This document shows, piece after piece, positions 1 to 13,670 of a stretch of 64,000 nt of DNA. The stretch's first letter is position 1. Each line of letters starts with the position of its first letter. A program made the translations under genes and the position numbers. This stretch comes from Callorhinchus milii (Eukaryota): contig NW_024704742.1 of NCBI RefSeq assembly GCF_018977255.1, positions 72,108,001 through 72,172,000 on the forward strand, read 5' to 3'. The notes under the pieces were generated by a model. It was not told where the DNA came from and made no database searches. It saw only the letters and a list, made by a program, of their open reading frames with translations.

Positions 1-380
1 CAGGAAATTGACAGGTTAGAGAGTAGACGATTCTTCCCTCTGAGGATCATTACAAGGGGCTGAGCCTTAACCTCAGAGCCAGGAGGGTTAGAGCTGAGGT
101 TGAGCCTGAAGCTCAGGATGAGCCGGAGAGGGGGAAGGTGACTGTGAGCACTATGGAAGAGGAAGGTCTTTAGTTGTGCATATCCTCACGCAGCACTGTA
201 AGAGTGGGGAACATTAGGCCCCAGAGAGATCTGGAGACAACCAATAATGTATGATAAGAGACAGACAGGGTGGTGAAGGCAGAGCATGGGCATGAAAACA
301 ACTACCAGTAAACTGGCGGAAAAGGCTTGGTGGGCTGAATGAGACCTCCTAATGTGCCTGTTTTACTACGTTCCAACACA
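1..380 (+). mobile_element. Degenerate CR1-type LINE 3' end
   Basis: CR1-like 3' coding remnant and a gggctgaatg...cctcct 3'UTR-like terminus. Confidence 0.45.
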
Positions 381-592
381 GGGATTTAACTCTGGCCCTG
401 TGAGGCCTAAGACACAGTCAAGTTAAGGGCTGCAAAATGGGAGGGCTGACAAGGGGATTGGGTTGGGTGCCTGGTTTACAACAATCACAACTTGCATTTG
501 AAAGAGGGGCAAGGTGGAGTGATTGGGGTAGAGAATTTCAAAGCTTCAGAGCAAAGTAACTGAAAGTGTGGTTACTGAGGTGATCTCTGCAG

Positions 593-1456
593 GAGGAGAA
601 GGAGTACTTTAATAACGAGGCCTTCAAGTGGTGGTTGGAGAAGAAACACATGCGTAATATCCTGGACAAACCTACTGCCTTCTACAAGAAACGCAGCAAT
701 GCGCCCACGGAATGGCTGAAACAACGCCGTGATTCGCTCATCCTCAACCAGAGCTCCGACCAGCTCAAAGCCGCCCAGGAATTTGGCATCAAGAAGAGCC
801 GGGGGTCGTGCCGGAAGGCGACCCCTCCTCGGGACTGGATCAGGGAGCTGCGGAGACGAGCGCACCCCAAGGAGCTCGACGACCAGACCACCATGGCAGT
901 AGTGGGCACGGCCCGCAAACCACGCTGGAACCCCAGCACCAACCCCAGCACCCACCCCGTCACCAAAATCAACCGTCCGGTAATGCTGAGAACAACCGTG
1001 GACCCCAAGAGGGTGCTGAAGGATTATAACTTTGAGCCGTTTTTCCGGCTTGGGGTGAGCAAGATGGGACGTCCCGAGCTGCGCACATACATTGGCTGGC
1101 AGGTAGGCCGAATGCCCAGCCTTCCTGACCACGTCATCAGGAAAAACCTCTTCCCCTTCACAGTCTTCTCCCGCCTGCACTACCCCGAGAACTTCCGCTC
1201 TCCCAACATCCTTACCGTCCTGAGGAAGCGCCGGCCCCCAAGCGACCGTCTCCCCGTCTCTGAGATAGGACTGCACCTGCGGGAGGTCCTGGAGCCCGAG
1301 GCCTTCACTGCCTACACACAGACCCCCACCGACAAGCCCCCCACCCCCAAACCTCCCACTACCAAGCCCCCTAAACACGACCTGTCTGCCTGCCTCGTCC
1401 CTCAGCCCCCCACACACACGCAGCCCGCCGTCAGCACTTACTGCTCGCAGCCCTGA
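593..1456 (+). CDS. ANKRD53: Terminal coding exon of a probable ankyrin repeat domain-containing protein 53; upstream exons lie outside the window
   Basis: Acceptor ctctgcag at 591-592 opens an in-frame ORF (EEKEYFNNEAFKWWLEKKH...YCSQP*). The segment WNPSTNP...FEPF...MPSLP...LFP...RKRR...LHLRE resembles the ANKRD53 C-terminus as recalled. The gene is convergent with TEX261, as in human. Confidence 0.7.
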   Translation, partial: EEKEYFNNEAFKWWLEKKHMRNILDKPTAFYKKRSNAPTEWLKQRRDSLILNQSSDQLKAAQEFGIKKSRGSCRKATPPRDWIRELRRRAHPKELDDQTTMAVVGTARKPRWNPSTNPSTHPVTKINRPVMLRTTVDPKRVLKDYNFEPFFRLGVSKMGRPELRTYIGWQVGRMPSLPDHVIRKNLFPFTVFSRLHYPENFRSPNILTVLRKRRPPSDRLPVSEIGLHLREVLEPEAFTAYTQTPTDKPPTPKPPTTKPPKHDLSACLVPQPPTHTQPAVSTYCSQP

Positions 1457-1462
1457 CACAGC

Positions 1463-1603
1463 CAGACACTGGATGGTGAGCGGTGGGGACTGGACAGTGA
1501 GGGGCAGAGACTGGATGGTGAGCGGTGGGGACTGGACAGTGAGGGGCAGAGACTGGATGGTGAGCGGTGGAGACTGGACAGTGAGGAGCAGAGACTGGAT
1601 GTC
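1463..1603 (+). repeat. 42-bp tandem repeat, about 3 copies, in the ANKRD53-like 3'UTR
   Basis: gactggatggtgagcggtggggactggacagtgaggggcaga repeated. Confidence 0.9.
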
Positions 1604-1902
1604 TGAAGTGTCTTGCTTACATTGGGAATGTGAATGATCCCTGCACCTGCTCGCCAGGGCCCAAAGGTCACTGTGGTATCTGCTGTGGTCACTGCCCCAC
1701 CTAGTCGCACATCAGACATTTCCCTCCCATCTCCCTCCCAAAAGACATTTCCCTCCTTTCTATAGTCTCCTGTTCCTTCTCACTGTGTCAGACTATCTCT
1801 CCTGGCCAGCGTCGTGTCACTGACTGTGTCTGTCTCTGTATTGATGTCCACCAGCTCCTCGCTCTGTCCATTACAGAGGATTCTGAACTCTTCATCCAAT
1901 AG

Positions 1903-1908
1903 AATAAA
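1903..1908 (+). promoter_or_regulatory. Putative poly(A) signal of the ANKRD53-like gene
   Basis: AATAAA about 450 bp after the stop codon. Confidence 0.55.
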
Positions 1909-1949
1909 TCAATCAGACACAGAATGCCTGTAAAATGGGACCATTTACA

Positions 1950-1955
1950 TTTAAT
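1950..1955 (-). promoter_or_regulatory. Putative poly(A) signal of TEX261
   Basis: ATTAAA on the minus strand about 300 bp after the TEX261 stop. Confidence 0.45.
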
Positions 1956-2255
1956 ACACTATGTGTGTGTGTATGTGTGTGTGTGTATGGGGGAGGGGAG
2001 GGGAAGCAGCCAGTTCCGCTAAATGGAACTCAGTTCATAATCTATGGGAAGTCAGCATGAAACCCCAATCCCTGTGCAAACCCCAATCCCTGTGCGGATG
2101 GCAACCGAGGGAGGGAGAGGGCTTGAGAGATCGAGATCCTAATCACTGTCCAGATCGGACGCCGGGCCCTGGCGGGGGGGCTCCTCCCCCGCTTTGCTTA
2201 GACACCCATGCTCCCCTCCCCCGCGGGGCCAGTCTCTCGCCAACCTCTGCCCGCG

Positions 2256-2735
<480 letters not shown>

Positions 2736-2982
2736 GAAGAAATGTAGCTTCGATGGATTGATAGCCCGGAGCTGTTTTGGAAATCAGATCAATACGGGAT
2801 GTGGTAATACTGCTGTCCTCCACCAGGTGGCCTTTTGGGCTAACATTGGACACCATTTTCAGGCTAATGACACCTGCCGGCTGGTCGGCAGTTTTGCGCC
2901 TCGTTCTCTCATGACTCTCAACATCACCGAGGGAATAAACAATTCAGTCTGGCTGGATACCATCCCCTTCATTCCCACTTCA

Positions 2983-3246
<264 letters not shown>

Positions 3247-3289
3247 TCAGTCAGTAACCACCGGGACAGGAACTCACTCACACATGCAC

Positions 3290-3950
3290 TATCACATTCA
3301 CCTACACACCATCACACACACACCATCACACTCACACACACACCATCACACTCACACACACACCATCACTCACACACACACCATCACACTCACACACACA
3401 CCATCACACTCACACACACCATCACACTCACAGACACACCATCACACTCACAGACACACCATCACACTCACAGACACACCATCACACTCACACACACACC
3501 ATCACACTCACACACACCATCACACTCACACACACCATCACACTCATAGACACACCATCACACTCACACACACCACCACTCACACACACACCATCACTCA
3601 CACACACCATCACACTCACACACACCATCACACTCACACACACACCATCACACTCACACACACACCATCACTCACACACACCATCACACTCACACACACC
3701 ATCACACTCACACACACACCATCACACTCACACACACACCATCACACTCACACACACACCATCACACTCACACACACACCATCACACTCACACACACACC
3801 ATCACACTCACACACACCATCACACTCATAGACACACCATCACACTCACACACACCATCACACTCACAGACACACCATCACACTCACAGACACATACCAT
3901 CGCACTCACAGACACATACCATCACACTTACAGACACACACTCACACACA
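3290..3950 (+). repeat. (CACACCATCACACT)-type microsatellite in TEX261 intron 4
   Basis: Direct observation. Confidence 0.95.
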
Positions 3951-4039
3951 CTCCCTCATACCCACTCCCTCCCCCATCTCACTCCGGAGACACAGCCTCC
4001 CCACGCTCAGTCTGGTGAAGCTAATGCTCACACATTCAC

Positions 4040-4107
4040 CTCGGAGAAAGCGTAGTATTCCTCGGCAAACTGCTGGAACGCCAGGTAATGGTTATAAATA
4101 ACCAGGA
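4040..4107 (-). CDS. TEX261: TEX261 exon 4
   Basis: (V)LVIYNHYLAFQQFAEEYYAFSE; cgcag/gtgaat boundaries; 68 bp. Confidence 0.93.
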
Positions 4108-4442
4108 CTGCGAAGAGGAGAGGAGCAGATCAGTGCCCGTCACACATCAACTAAACAGCCAGCATACACTCCACCTCCAGGGCCGCTCACCAATGCCACA
4201 CAGCCGTCCAATGTCCAGCACCGAGGAGAGTGTCTGCCCACTTGGGCTCCCTCCAACCCCCCCCCACCTCTGACGTCGCCCACATGGCTGTCACACACAC
4301 CACCAACACGCTGCCTCCTGTGTTGCCCCCAGGCCACCCACACGACACTTCCTGTGTTGTCCACATGCCACCCGCACGCTACCTCCCGTGTTGCCCACAT
4401 GCCATCCACACACTACCTCCGTGTTGCCCACAATGCCACCTA

Positions 4443-4763
<321 letters not shown>

Positions 4764-4849
4764 TCACTGAGGGGTGGGGAGGTCAATAACAGCACAGCAC
4801 CTCCAAACTCTCCCAACACATCACAATACACACACCACCATAGCCCAAC

Positions 4850-5195
<346 letters not shown>

Positions 5196-5696
5196 TTACC
5201 CATCTGCTCCAAGCTCCCACTCCTAGCCCACTGACCGATCAAGACATTGCCAAGCTTCCTCACCTCCACTTCACTTCATCTAGACTTTTCCCAATCTATC
5301 AACTCTTCCCCCGAGACTCTGCATGCCCACCCCTGACCCTCCTCCAGCCTCCATGTTCCCCAGCACCTCGGCTCAATATCCTTGGCTAATAATAATGATA
5401 ATTGATAATAATAATAATAGATAAAGCTCCTTATCAAGCCATTGAGACGTCTTAGAGCGCTTATCAGGATACACTGTAAAGTGGATTGACTGTGTGGGTG
5501 AAATGCGACGGAATGAACAGTAAAAAAAAGATTGTTAGCAACTTCAGGGGGCCAGAGACAGATTAGTTGATCGGCATGGAGGACTACATGATGATAACCT
5601 CAGCGAGTCAGAGCAAAAGAGAAATAGGCGGTGTTGGCTGGAACTGAGGAAGGTGGCTTCTACCCTGATCAGTCAGTATGATTTCTCAGTAAGTAT

Positions 5697-5960
5697 AATA
5701 ATAATCCTTGCATTTGATGTAGCTCCTTGTTGCGTCACAGAGAAGTCTCACAGCACTTCACAGAATATACTGGATTGACTGTATATTTTGTGGGTGAAAC
5801 GTGGCAGCCAATTGCGCTCAGCAGTGTCCCATAAACAGTCATAGATTGAGTGACCAATTTTTTTTGGGGGGTGGTGGGGAGGAGATTACTACCCCTGGAA
5901 AGCCATCTGCCAATCAACTAGCAACCAGGTTCCTACTTACTGCTAGGTAAATAGGGGCTT
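5697..5960 (-). mobile_element. tRNA-derived SINE, 5' truncated
   Basis: Reverse complement of the SINE body and the (ATT)n tail. Confidence 0.8.
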
Positions 5961-6325
5961 ATAATAACTGAATATGTTATAATAGCCCTCGTGCTTTGCC
6001 GGGGTTGGGGCGAAAGGGCAAGAATCTTTCTCAGCATCTTCAGCGTCTGTTGCTTTGAGTTGATCAGCGTTTCCATGACAGAAACTCTAGGCTGAAAGTC
6101 CACTCTTTGTCGCTTGACTGTATTGCTGGACTATATTGGAAAGAATGTCATTTCCACAGCTCTGATTGGTGGGCAGTGCCTTGTCTGATATATATATATA
6201 GTTTCTCTATCACCACTCCCTGATTAATGCAACCTCTACACCCTCCCAATGCATCTCCTATAAGGTGCACAAGTATAACAACTTGCACTTATACTATACA
6301 AGTGTCCTTCATACGCATAACTACA

Positions 6326-6652
6326 GGAGTACTGTAGCTCAATGGTTAGAGCACTCGCTTTGCAAGCGAGAGACCTGAGTTCAATTCCAGGCAGAGGGCG
6401 AAACCTTGGGCAAGTTTCCTTACTCCACACAGAGCCTAATAATAATCCCTCCAAAACCAAAAACAATAATAAATTGGTCATTTTCAATCTACGACTGTTT
6501 GTGGGACATTGCTGTGCGCAATTGGCTGCCGCGTTCGCCCACAAATATACAGTCAATTCACTTTACAGTGTGTTCTGTGAAGCGCTTTGGGACGTCCTCC
6601 CGACGTGAAAAGCGCTATATCAAATGCAAGGATTATTATTATTATTATTATT
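6326..6652 (+). mobile_element. tRNA(Ala)-like SINE with an L2-type 3' tail
   Basis: ggagtactgtagctcaatggttagagc head, B box, shared body, (ATT)n tail. Confidence 0.9.
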
Positions 6653-7229
6653 GTCTCAGAGCACTTAACAGCGACAGGACTTGACCTGAGCTGAATAGGA
6701 GAGATGACCGAAGGTACGGTCAAAGAGGAAAGCCTTCATGTGCGATGTGGAGACGGGCAAAGAGAGGGCAAGACGGAGGGATTGAGGCCGGGGGTTCCAT
6801 AGATTCGGAAACTTCATTCTGTTTTCCAACAGCGCTGCGGGGATCCTTAACATCCACCTGAACAGGCACAGGCAGGGGCTCGGTTTAACGTCTCATCCAA
6901 AGGACGGCCCCTCCGACAACATCGGAACATAAGATAAGAATTGGGAGCAGCAGTGGGCCATTCGGCCCCTCTCGCCTGCCCCGCCATTCGATAAGGTCGT
7001 GGCTGATCTGTAACGCAGCGCTCTCCCCCGGACTGTGAGCTCAAGGTCCTCAGTTGGGGGAGTGAGGGCTGAGCACGTGAGCTGCGGGGACCCCCACCCC
7101 GCAGTTGGTTACCCCCTCGCCCCAGTTGATGTAAACGCCCCCCTGATTGGTTACCCCTCTCCGCATTTGATGTAAGGGGCCCTTTGATTGGTTACCCCTC
7201 TCCCACCCCCCAGCCCCACCAAAGCCACA

Positions 7230-7510
7230 GGTAAATTCCCGGCCTGGAAACCATGACAACGGTGGTCTCCGGCCTGTCCCCGTCGCCAGGCCCGGCCGCC
7301 GCCACTCACCGATAGCCAGAGTGACGAAAGCGATCTGCAGCAGCAGCGAGAGCCAGCTCAGGGCGGTCAGGAACCCCATCCCGCCCGGCAACAGCTCCCA
7401 ATCGCGCCCAGGCCCGGCTCACACAGGTCCACACAGGCCGCTCCGCCCCACAACGACTGGTAGCACCTCCGGCTCCATCGACAGCGCCACCGCCCGCCCA
7501 GGCCACCCAG
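7230..7510 (-). promoter_or_regulatory. CpG-rich promoter and first-exon region of TEX261
   Basis: Locally high GC and CpG density around the start codon; GC-box-like CCGCCC motifs. Confidence 0.55.
7310..7379 (-). CDS. TEX261: TEX261 exon 1 (start codon)
   Basis: MGFLTALSWLSLLLQIAFVTLAI followed by gtgagt; the six exons sum to 591 nt = 196 aa plus stop. Confidence 0.93.
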
Positions 7511-7524
7511 TAAACTACAGCCCC

Positions 7525-7830
7525 GATATAACACCCCCACATATCACAGCTCTGATTTAACACTCCCATATCACAGCCTCGATATAACACCCTCCTCCAT
7601 ATCACAGCCTCGATATAACACCTCCATACCACCACTACGATATAACACTGTCCCCGATATCACAGCCCTGATATAACACCTCCATACCACCGCTACGATA
7701 TAACACTGTCCCCGATATCACAGCCCTGATATAACACCTCCATACCACTGCTACAATATAACACTGTCCCCGATATCACAGCCCTGATATAACACCCTCC
7801 ATATCACAGCCCTGACTTAACACCCCCAAT
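7525..7830. repeat. 58-bp tandem repeat upstream of TEX261
   Basis: cctccatacc recurs at 7621, 7679 and 7737. Confidence 0.85.
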
Positions 7831-8619
7831 ATCCCTCGTACCCTCCATTCCACGATCAGTGATGTACGCCCAGAAACTCGGGAACTCTCTCCTTCAATCC
7901 CTCTGCCTTGTCCTTCCCTCCCAACTTTCAAACCCCGCCTAAAGACCTTCCGTTTTGACTGTGGTTTATTCAAGAGGAAGCTGGACCTTCACCTGAGGGA
8001 GGAGTGAGGAGTGGGTGAAGACTCATGTGGAGTATAAACACCAGCACGGACCAGTTGGGCCGAGCGGCCAGTTTCCATTGTACATCTTTGTAGAATCTTT
8101 ACCATCCACCTGACAGATGGGATTTCAGTTGAACGTCTCATCCAAAGGATGGCATCTCTGACAGTGCAGTCTCCCCCCGGCACTGTGCTGGAGTGTCAGC
8201 CTAGTAAGGAGCACGTAGCACTTCTCAGCCAATGAGGTTGGCCTTTAGGAGGGACAGGAAGATGTGGGGATGGTAGTGGAGCTGTCGTGCCCCCCGTTTG
8301 TCCCCCTTTTGTCATTCTTGTCTCCCTCCCCGGGGCTGGGCACCATGCGCAGTCTCACTGCAGAGCGGGGGTCAAAGTGCGGTCAGTGAGCTGAGTGGTT
8401 GTGGCTGGGAATCACAGCCCCTGTAACTGCCACTGTGCATTAGCAAACCTGCCACTGCACCGTATACCATGCCAGCTCCAGTACACACAGGACATCAGCG
8501 CACTTACACAGCTCCTCGCCCACCCACACCTTGCTGTAGCCACAAATGAAATATAAATGCCAAGCGTTTTTTTCAGTTGTTTTAACCCACTGAAGCTCAC
8601 GGCATAAACCAGAATGATG

Positions 8620-9715
8620 TGTGTCAGTTCCAGGTCCTGTGTGTATGTGTGTGTGTGTGTCAGTGCAGGTGTGTCAGTGCCGCTCCTGTGTGTGTGTCTG
8701 AGTGCCCACTCCTGTGCGTGTGCGTGTCAGTGCCAGCTCCTGTGTGTGTGTGTCTGAGTGCCCACTCCTCTGTGTGTGTATGTCAGTGCCCGCTCCTGTG
8801 TGTGTGTGAGTGCCCGCTCCTGTGTGTGTGTGTGTCAGTGCCCGCTCCTGTGTGTGTGTGTGTCAGTGCATGTGTGTCAGTGCCACTCCTGTGTATGTGT
8901 CTGAGTGCTCACTCCTGTCTGTGTGTGTGTGTGTGTGTGTGTGTATGTCAGTGCCAGCTCGTCTGTGTGTGTGTGTGTGTGTGTCAGTGACTGCTCCTGT
9001 GTATGTGTCTGAGTCCCACTCCTGTGTGTGTGTATGTGTGTGTCAGTGCCAGCTCTTGTGTGTGTGTGCGTGTCAGTGCCAGCTCTTGTGTGTGCGTGAG
9101 TGCCTGCTCCTGTGTGTGTGTGAGTGCCCATTCCTGTGTGTGTGAGTGCCTATTCCTCTGTGTGTGTGTGTTTCAGTGCCAGATCCTGTGTGTGGGTGTG
9201 TATGTGCCCACTCCTGTGTGTGTGTCTGAGTGCCCGCTCCTGTGTGTGTGTGTGTGTGTGTGTCAGTGCCAGCTCCTGTGTGTGAATGTAGTGCCCTTTC
9301 CTGTGTATGTCAGTGCCCGCTCCTGTGTATGTGTCTGAGTGCCCTGTGTATGTGTATGTATCTGCGTGTGTGTGTTTGTTTGTGTCAGTGCCAGATCATG
9401 TGTGTGTGTATGCGCCCGCTCCTGTTTGTGTGTATGCGCCCGCTCCTGTTTGTGTGTATGCGCCCGCTCCTGTTTGTGTGTATGCGCCCGCTCCTGTTTG
9501 TGTGTCTGAGTGCCCACTCCTGTGTGTGTGTGTGTGTGAATACCCGCTCCTTGGTGTGTGTGTATCAGTGCCCATTCCTGTGTGTGTGTGAATCCCCATT
9601 CCTGTGTGTGTGTGAATGGTGCCTACTCCTGTGTATGTATGTGTGTGTGTGGAAGAGTGTATGTGGGAGAGTGTGTGTGAGAGAAAGTATGTGTGAGAAT
9701 GCTCCTTTGTGTGTA
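8620..9715. repeat. (GT)n/CAGTGCC compound satellite
   Basis: Direct observation. Confidence 0.95.
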
Positions 9716-10173
9716 GGTGCAAAGTAAAAGGGATAAATTGACTCACTAATTCACGCTCTCGCCATCTTGAAACCTCCTGATCCATTCTGCCTTCACGGCT
9801 CCTGGGGTGAGTGTTGCCCACTCTCAGCCCCTCTGTGTGAAGAGATGTTTTGTGATTTCACTGTCACTGGTCTGGCTCTGAGTTCCACACTCCGGCCCCT
9901 TGTTAGTGATTCTCCACCAGAGGGAAGAGTCTCCACTCTCTAAGCTGTCAGTTCCCCTCATCATTCTTAACATTATTTTCAGACAGACTCCATCCCTGCT
10001 CAGCTACTGCAGTTTGCTTGGGTGGAAAGCCTCAAACTCCAAGTCACTGACATTTTATTATTGTATTAAAGAAACTTCTCGAAGACAAATCTTCATGAAA
10101 GTGGGAGAAATGGGGCCTTGTAGCCTTTGCAGACAGGCCTATAAGAAATCATTTGACCTTTATTAGTCTAAGA

Positions 10174-10374
10174 CAGGAGTATCCAACCTTTTGGCTGCTG
10201 AGGGCCAGTTGCCCTATTTGAGAAATGTCTGCGGGCCACATAAGGTTTTTTTTGCGTTTCCCTTCCAGAAACATAACATAACATTTACAGATTATGGAGG
10301 GCGGGGGTGGGCCAGATGAAATGGAGGGAAGGGGGGCCAGATACGGCTTGTGGGCCGCCAGTTGGACCACTGTG
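10174..10374. mobile_element. hAT (Charlie-like) MITE
   Basis: Imperfect TIRs caggagtatccaac / gttggaccactgtg; 8-bp TSD gtctaaga / atctaaga (7 of 8 match). Confidence 0.65.
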
Positions 10375-10589
10375 ATCTAAGAGATTAACTAAGCAAAGTG
10401 ACCTCTTCTCCCCCCAGGCCCTCAGGATGTAGAGCAGCAGAAAGAGCAAGCACAGTCCACCTGATCTCTGAGATAATATATAGCACACTCTTTAAAGCTC
10501 TGAAGGATGCCATTTGGTCTACAGTCAATGTCAGGTTTATATTATACAGGAACATGCACCCTAAACCTCAACCCCAGGCCTCTCACCCA

Positions 10590-10860
10590 CAACCCACTGT
10601 TTACCTAGCAGTAAGTAGGAATCTGATTGTTAGTCGATTGACGGACCTCATTTCCGGGGTAATAATCCCTTCCAAAAAATAATTAATTTGGTCACTCAAT
10701 CCATGACTGTTTATAGGACACTGTGCAGTTGGCTGCTGCTTTTCGCCCATAAAATATACAGTCAATTCATTCTACAGTATATTCTGTGAAGCGCTTTGAG
10801 ATGTCTCAATGACTTGATAAGGCACTATATCAAATGCAAGGATTATTATTATTATTATTC
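10590..10860 (+). mobile_element. tRNA-SINE, headless copy
   Basis: Body and tail match the other copies. Confidence 0.85.
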
Positions 10861-11923
10861 TTGTGCATCAGTTGCTGTTTCCCCTCATCAAAAATACCAT
10901 CTGCAGTTTTTTGACAAAATACCCTTCAAAGGCTCAAAGTCAGTGACAGCACGGGTTAGAGACAGTAAAGCTCCCTCTACACTGTCCATCCACACTCCCA
11001 GGTCAGTGACAACCTCTCCATTCCTCTGTGTGTCTGTCACACATGAGCCCTGAACACAGTGGGTTTTGCGTGAGAGCCTGACAATGAAGTGCCCCCAATG
11101 GGGTGGCTGGGGGGGGGTTAGGGAGAGTGGGAGTTCCCTCAGGTGACGTTTTATTGGTCCGGGATTCTCTACTTACTGGGTAAATATTCAGACTTACTGG
11201 CCCCCAGCGTTCAGCTACACTCTCATGATTAGAGGTCTCTATAGCCAGAATAGGCTGGCAGCTGATAATGAGTCTGTCTCACTGGGTGTGAGCAGGAAAG
11301 ATGTGACTCAGCGACCAGCACCCGGGATTCCAGGAATCAGCTCTGAGGAACATAATGTGCCCGGGCTGTTTGATGTGAAATTGGTTATTCCTTCATGGTT
11401 GTGTGTGGGACATTGCTGTCACTGACCTGGGAGTCTGGACGTAGAAGGAGCTTTACTCTGTCTCTAACCCATGCTGGACGGACAGTGTAGGAGGAATTGT
11501 CTGTCTATTAGTCTCTACCTCTCTCTCTCGGTGTCTCTCTTTCTCTTTCCTTGCTCTCGATCTCCCTATCTCTCAGTTTCTTTCTCTTTGATGCTCTTGG
11601 TCTCCCCCGCCTCCACCACTCTTAAGTTTTTCTTTCGCTCTCTCTCAGTCTCTTTCTCTCTTCCCTTTGCTCTAGGTATTTCTGCTTATCTCTCAGACTC
11701 TCTCAGTCTCTCCCTCTCTCTCATGCTCTTTGTCTCTCTTTCTTGGGCAGGGTTTTGGTTCCTGTCAGTAAGCAGGAGTTGGCACATAGAAGATTAGAGC
11801 TCAGCCAGTGAATAATTTTCTAAATTTCAATGTAAACGACCTGCAACACCAGCGTTTGCCTGCTAATACAGCTAACTTCCCAGCACTTCAGTAATAGAGC
11901 TCCAGCTGCCTCCTCAGATTTCT

Positions 11924-12170
11924 GGAGTCCTATAGCTTAGTGCACATGCCTCACAAGCGAGAGGACCTGGGTTCGATTCCCAGGCCGAGCGAAACATTAG
12001 GCAAGTTTCCTTGCTCCACATGCCTCTATTTACCTAGTAGTTAATAGGAACCCGGTTGTTAGTCGATTGGTAGATCGCTTTTCCAGGAGTAATAATCCCT
12101 TAAAAAACTTTTTTTTAAATAATAATTTGGTCACTCAATCCATGGCTGTTTACAGTATAATTATTATTAT
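11924..12170 (+). mobile_element. tRNA-SINE with an internal deletion
   Basis: ggagtcctatagc head, B box ggttcgattcc, partial body. Confidence 0.85.
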
Positions 12171-12959
12171 TCTCTGTATGTGAGAGGCTTACTGGGGCCA
12201 GGTCTCACACACAGCACAAGAACACACCTCAGTCAGAGTTGGTTTCTCTCTGATTCCTGGCATTGTTGGAGGGGTCATCCTTTCTCTTCAAATATTTCTC
12301 CAGCTCCCTCTGAAAAGTTATTACTGAACTTGCTTCCACCAGTGAGTGGGTGTTCCACATCCTAATACCCCTGTGTGTGCATGCACGCGCATGTGTGTAT
12401 ATCTATGTAAGCGCTTATGTGTCTCTCTCGCTCACCCTCTCTCACTCTGTGATTGTGTGTGTATATGTGTGCGTCTCTCACTCCCCCCTCACTCTGTATG
12501 TATGTGCTCTGTGTGTGTGTCTCTCACTCTGTGACTGTGTATGTGTGTATCCCTCTCACTCCCCCTCACTCTGTATTTTTGTAATTTTGTTGTTATTGAT
12601 GTAAGTGTGTGCTCTGTGTGTGTGTGTGTGTGTGTGTCTCTCTCTCTCTCTCTCTCACTCAAGGATGCTATACAAATTTAATTTGTTGTTGTATGTATGT
12701 GTGTTCCTCTCACACACTGTATGTGTATGTGTATCTCTGAGAGAGACAATAATGCTAAGCTCTGCCAGAGGAGTGATACTGTTATGTGGGAGTATGATCT
12801 GCTCCAGCCACACACTGGTTTAAAGAGCGAGGAATCTCGAAGGAGGAACTCAAGTCACCACACAAACCATAATATCAGACCTGTGTTATCTCTGTCTCTG
12901 TATATAATGCTCTGTGCTGAATCTCTGTATAACCTGAGTTGAAGCTCTTTGTGTAATGC

Positions 12960-13670
12960 TTTGTGTTTAACTCTCTAACCTCCTCTCTCCCCGCACCAGT
13001 ACCCGCTGCCTCCGCTCTACTGGGTCCAGCCTCCTCTGTGCCCCCCAAATCCTCCGCTCCTTCATTAGCAGCCGTGCCTTCAGCCACTATGCCCCGAAAC
13101 TTTGGAACTCCCTCCCTCAACCCCTTCACCTCACCCCTTCCTTCCCCATCTTCAGGTCATGCCTGAATACCTTGCTTTTTGACCGCACCTGTGATCACCT
13201 TCCCCCTCCCCCTGGCTCAGCCTCGGGCTCCACCATTGTTAAGCGCTCTGAGACACCACAAGGTGTGGAGGGCACTATGTAAATGCAAGTTGTTGTTATT
13301 GACTCTCTTTATATAATTCTCGGTGTTAAATCTCTCTGTAAACGCACCTCCCTAACTCTTCAACCTCCTCACTCCCTTAGCCACCACCCGGCACCTTCAT
13401 TCGACCTGCACCTGCCTCCTACTTGTCCCTTGCACCCTCCGCTTAACCACTGAAGATCACACTTTCACCCCGAAACTGTGGAACACGCTCTCCCTCACTC
13501 CCTCAGCCTTGCCCCCTCTCTCCCCTTTTTCCCGCCCGAAAACCTTCCTTTTCAACCATGCCTACAGTCACCTCCCCCACCCCCATCTCTGACTCAGGCT
13601 CAGCCACTATTAAACACTCTGAGACACTACCCTGGGTGGAGGACGCTATATAAGTGAAAGTTCTTGTTGT
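12960..13670 (+). mobile_element. Two degenerate L2 3' ends in tandem
   Basis: ggaactccctccc...tttgacc...ggcactatgtaaatgcaagttgttg-type termini, twice. Confidence 0.55.

Noticed and set aside
572..1459. 295-aa minus-strand ORF
   Set aside because: Antisense shadow of the GC-rich ANKRD53-like exon; no recognisable motifs
2818..2833. CTCF-like motif CCACCAGGTGGC
   Set aside because: A single short motif with no supporting evidence
3284..4018. His/Thr-rich 244-aa ORF
   Set aside because: Translation of a CA-rich microsatellite in TEX261 intron 4
6326..6400. tRNA-Ala-like genes at several positions
   Set aside because: They lack a proper acceptor stem and continue into the SINE body and tail, so they are SINE heads
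8619..9821. Cys/Val-rich and His/Thr-rich ORFs
   Set aside because: Products of a (GT)n satellite; the same applies to 20633-21900 and 47600-48000
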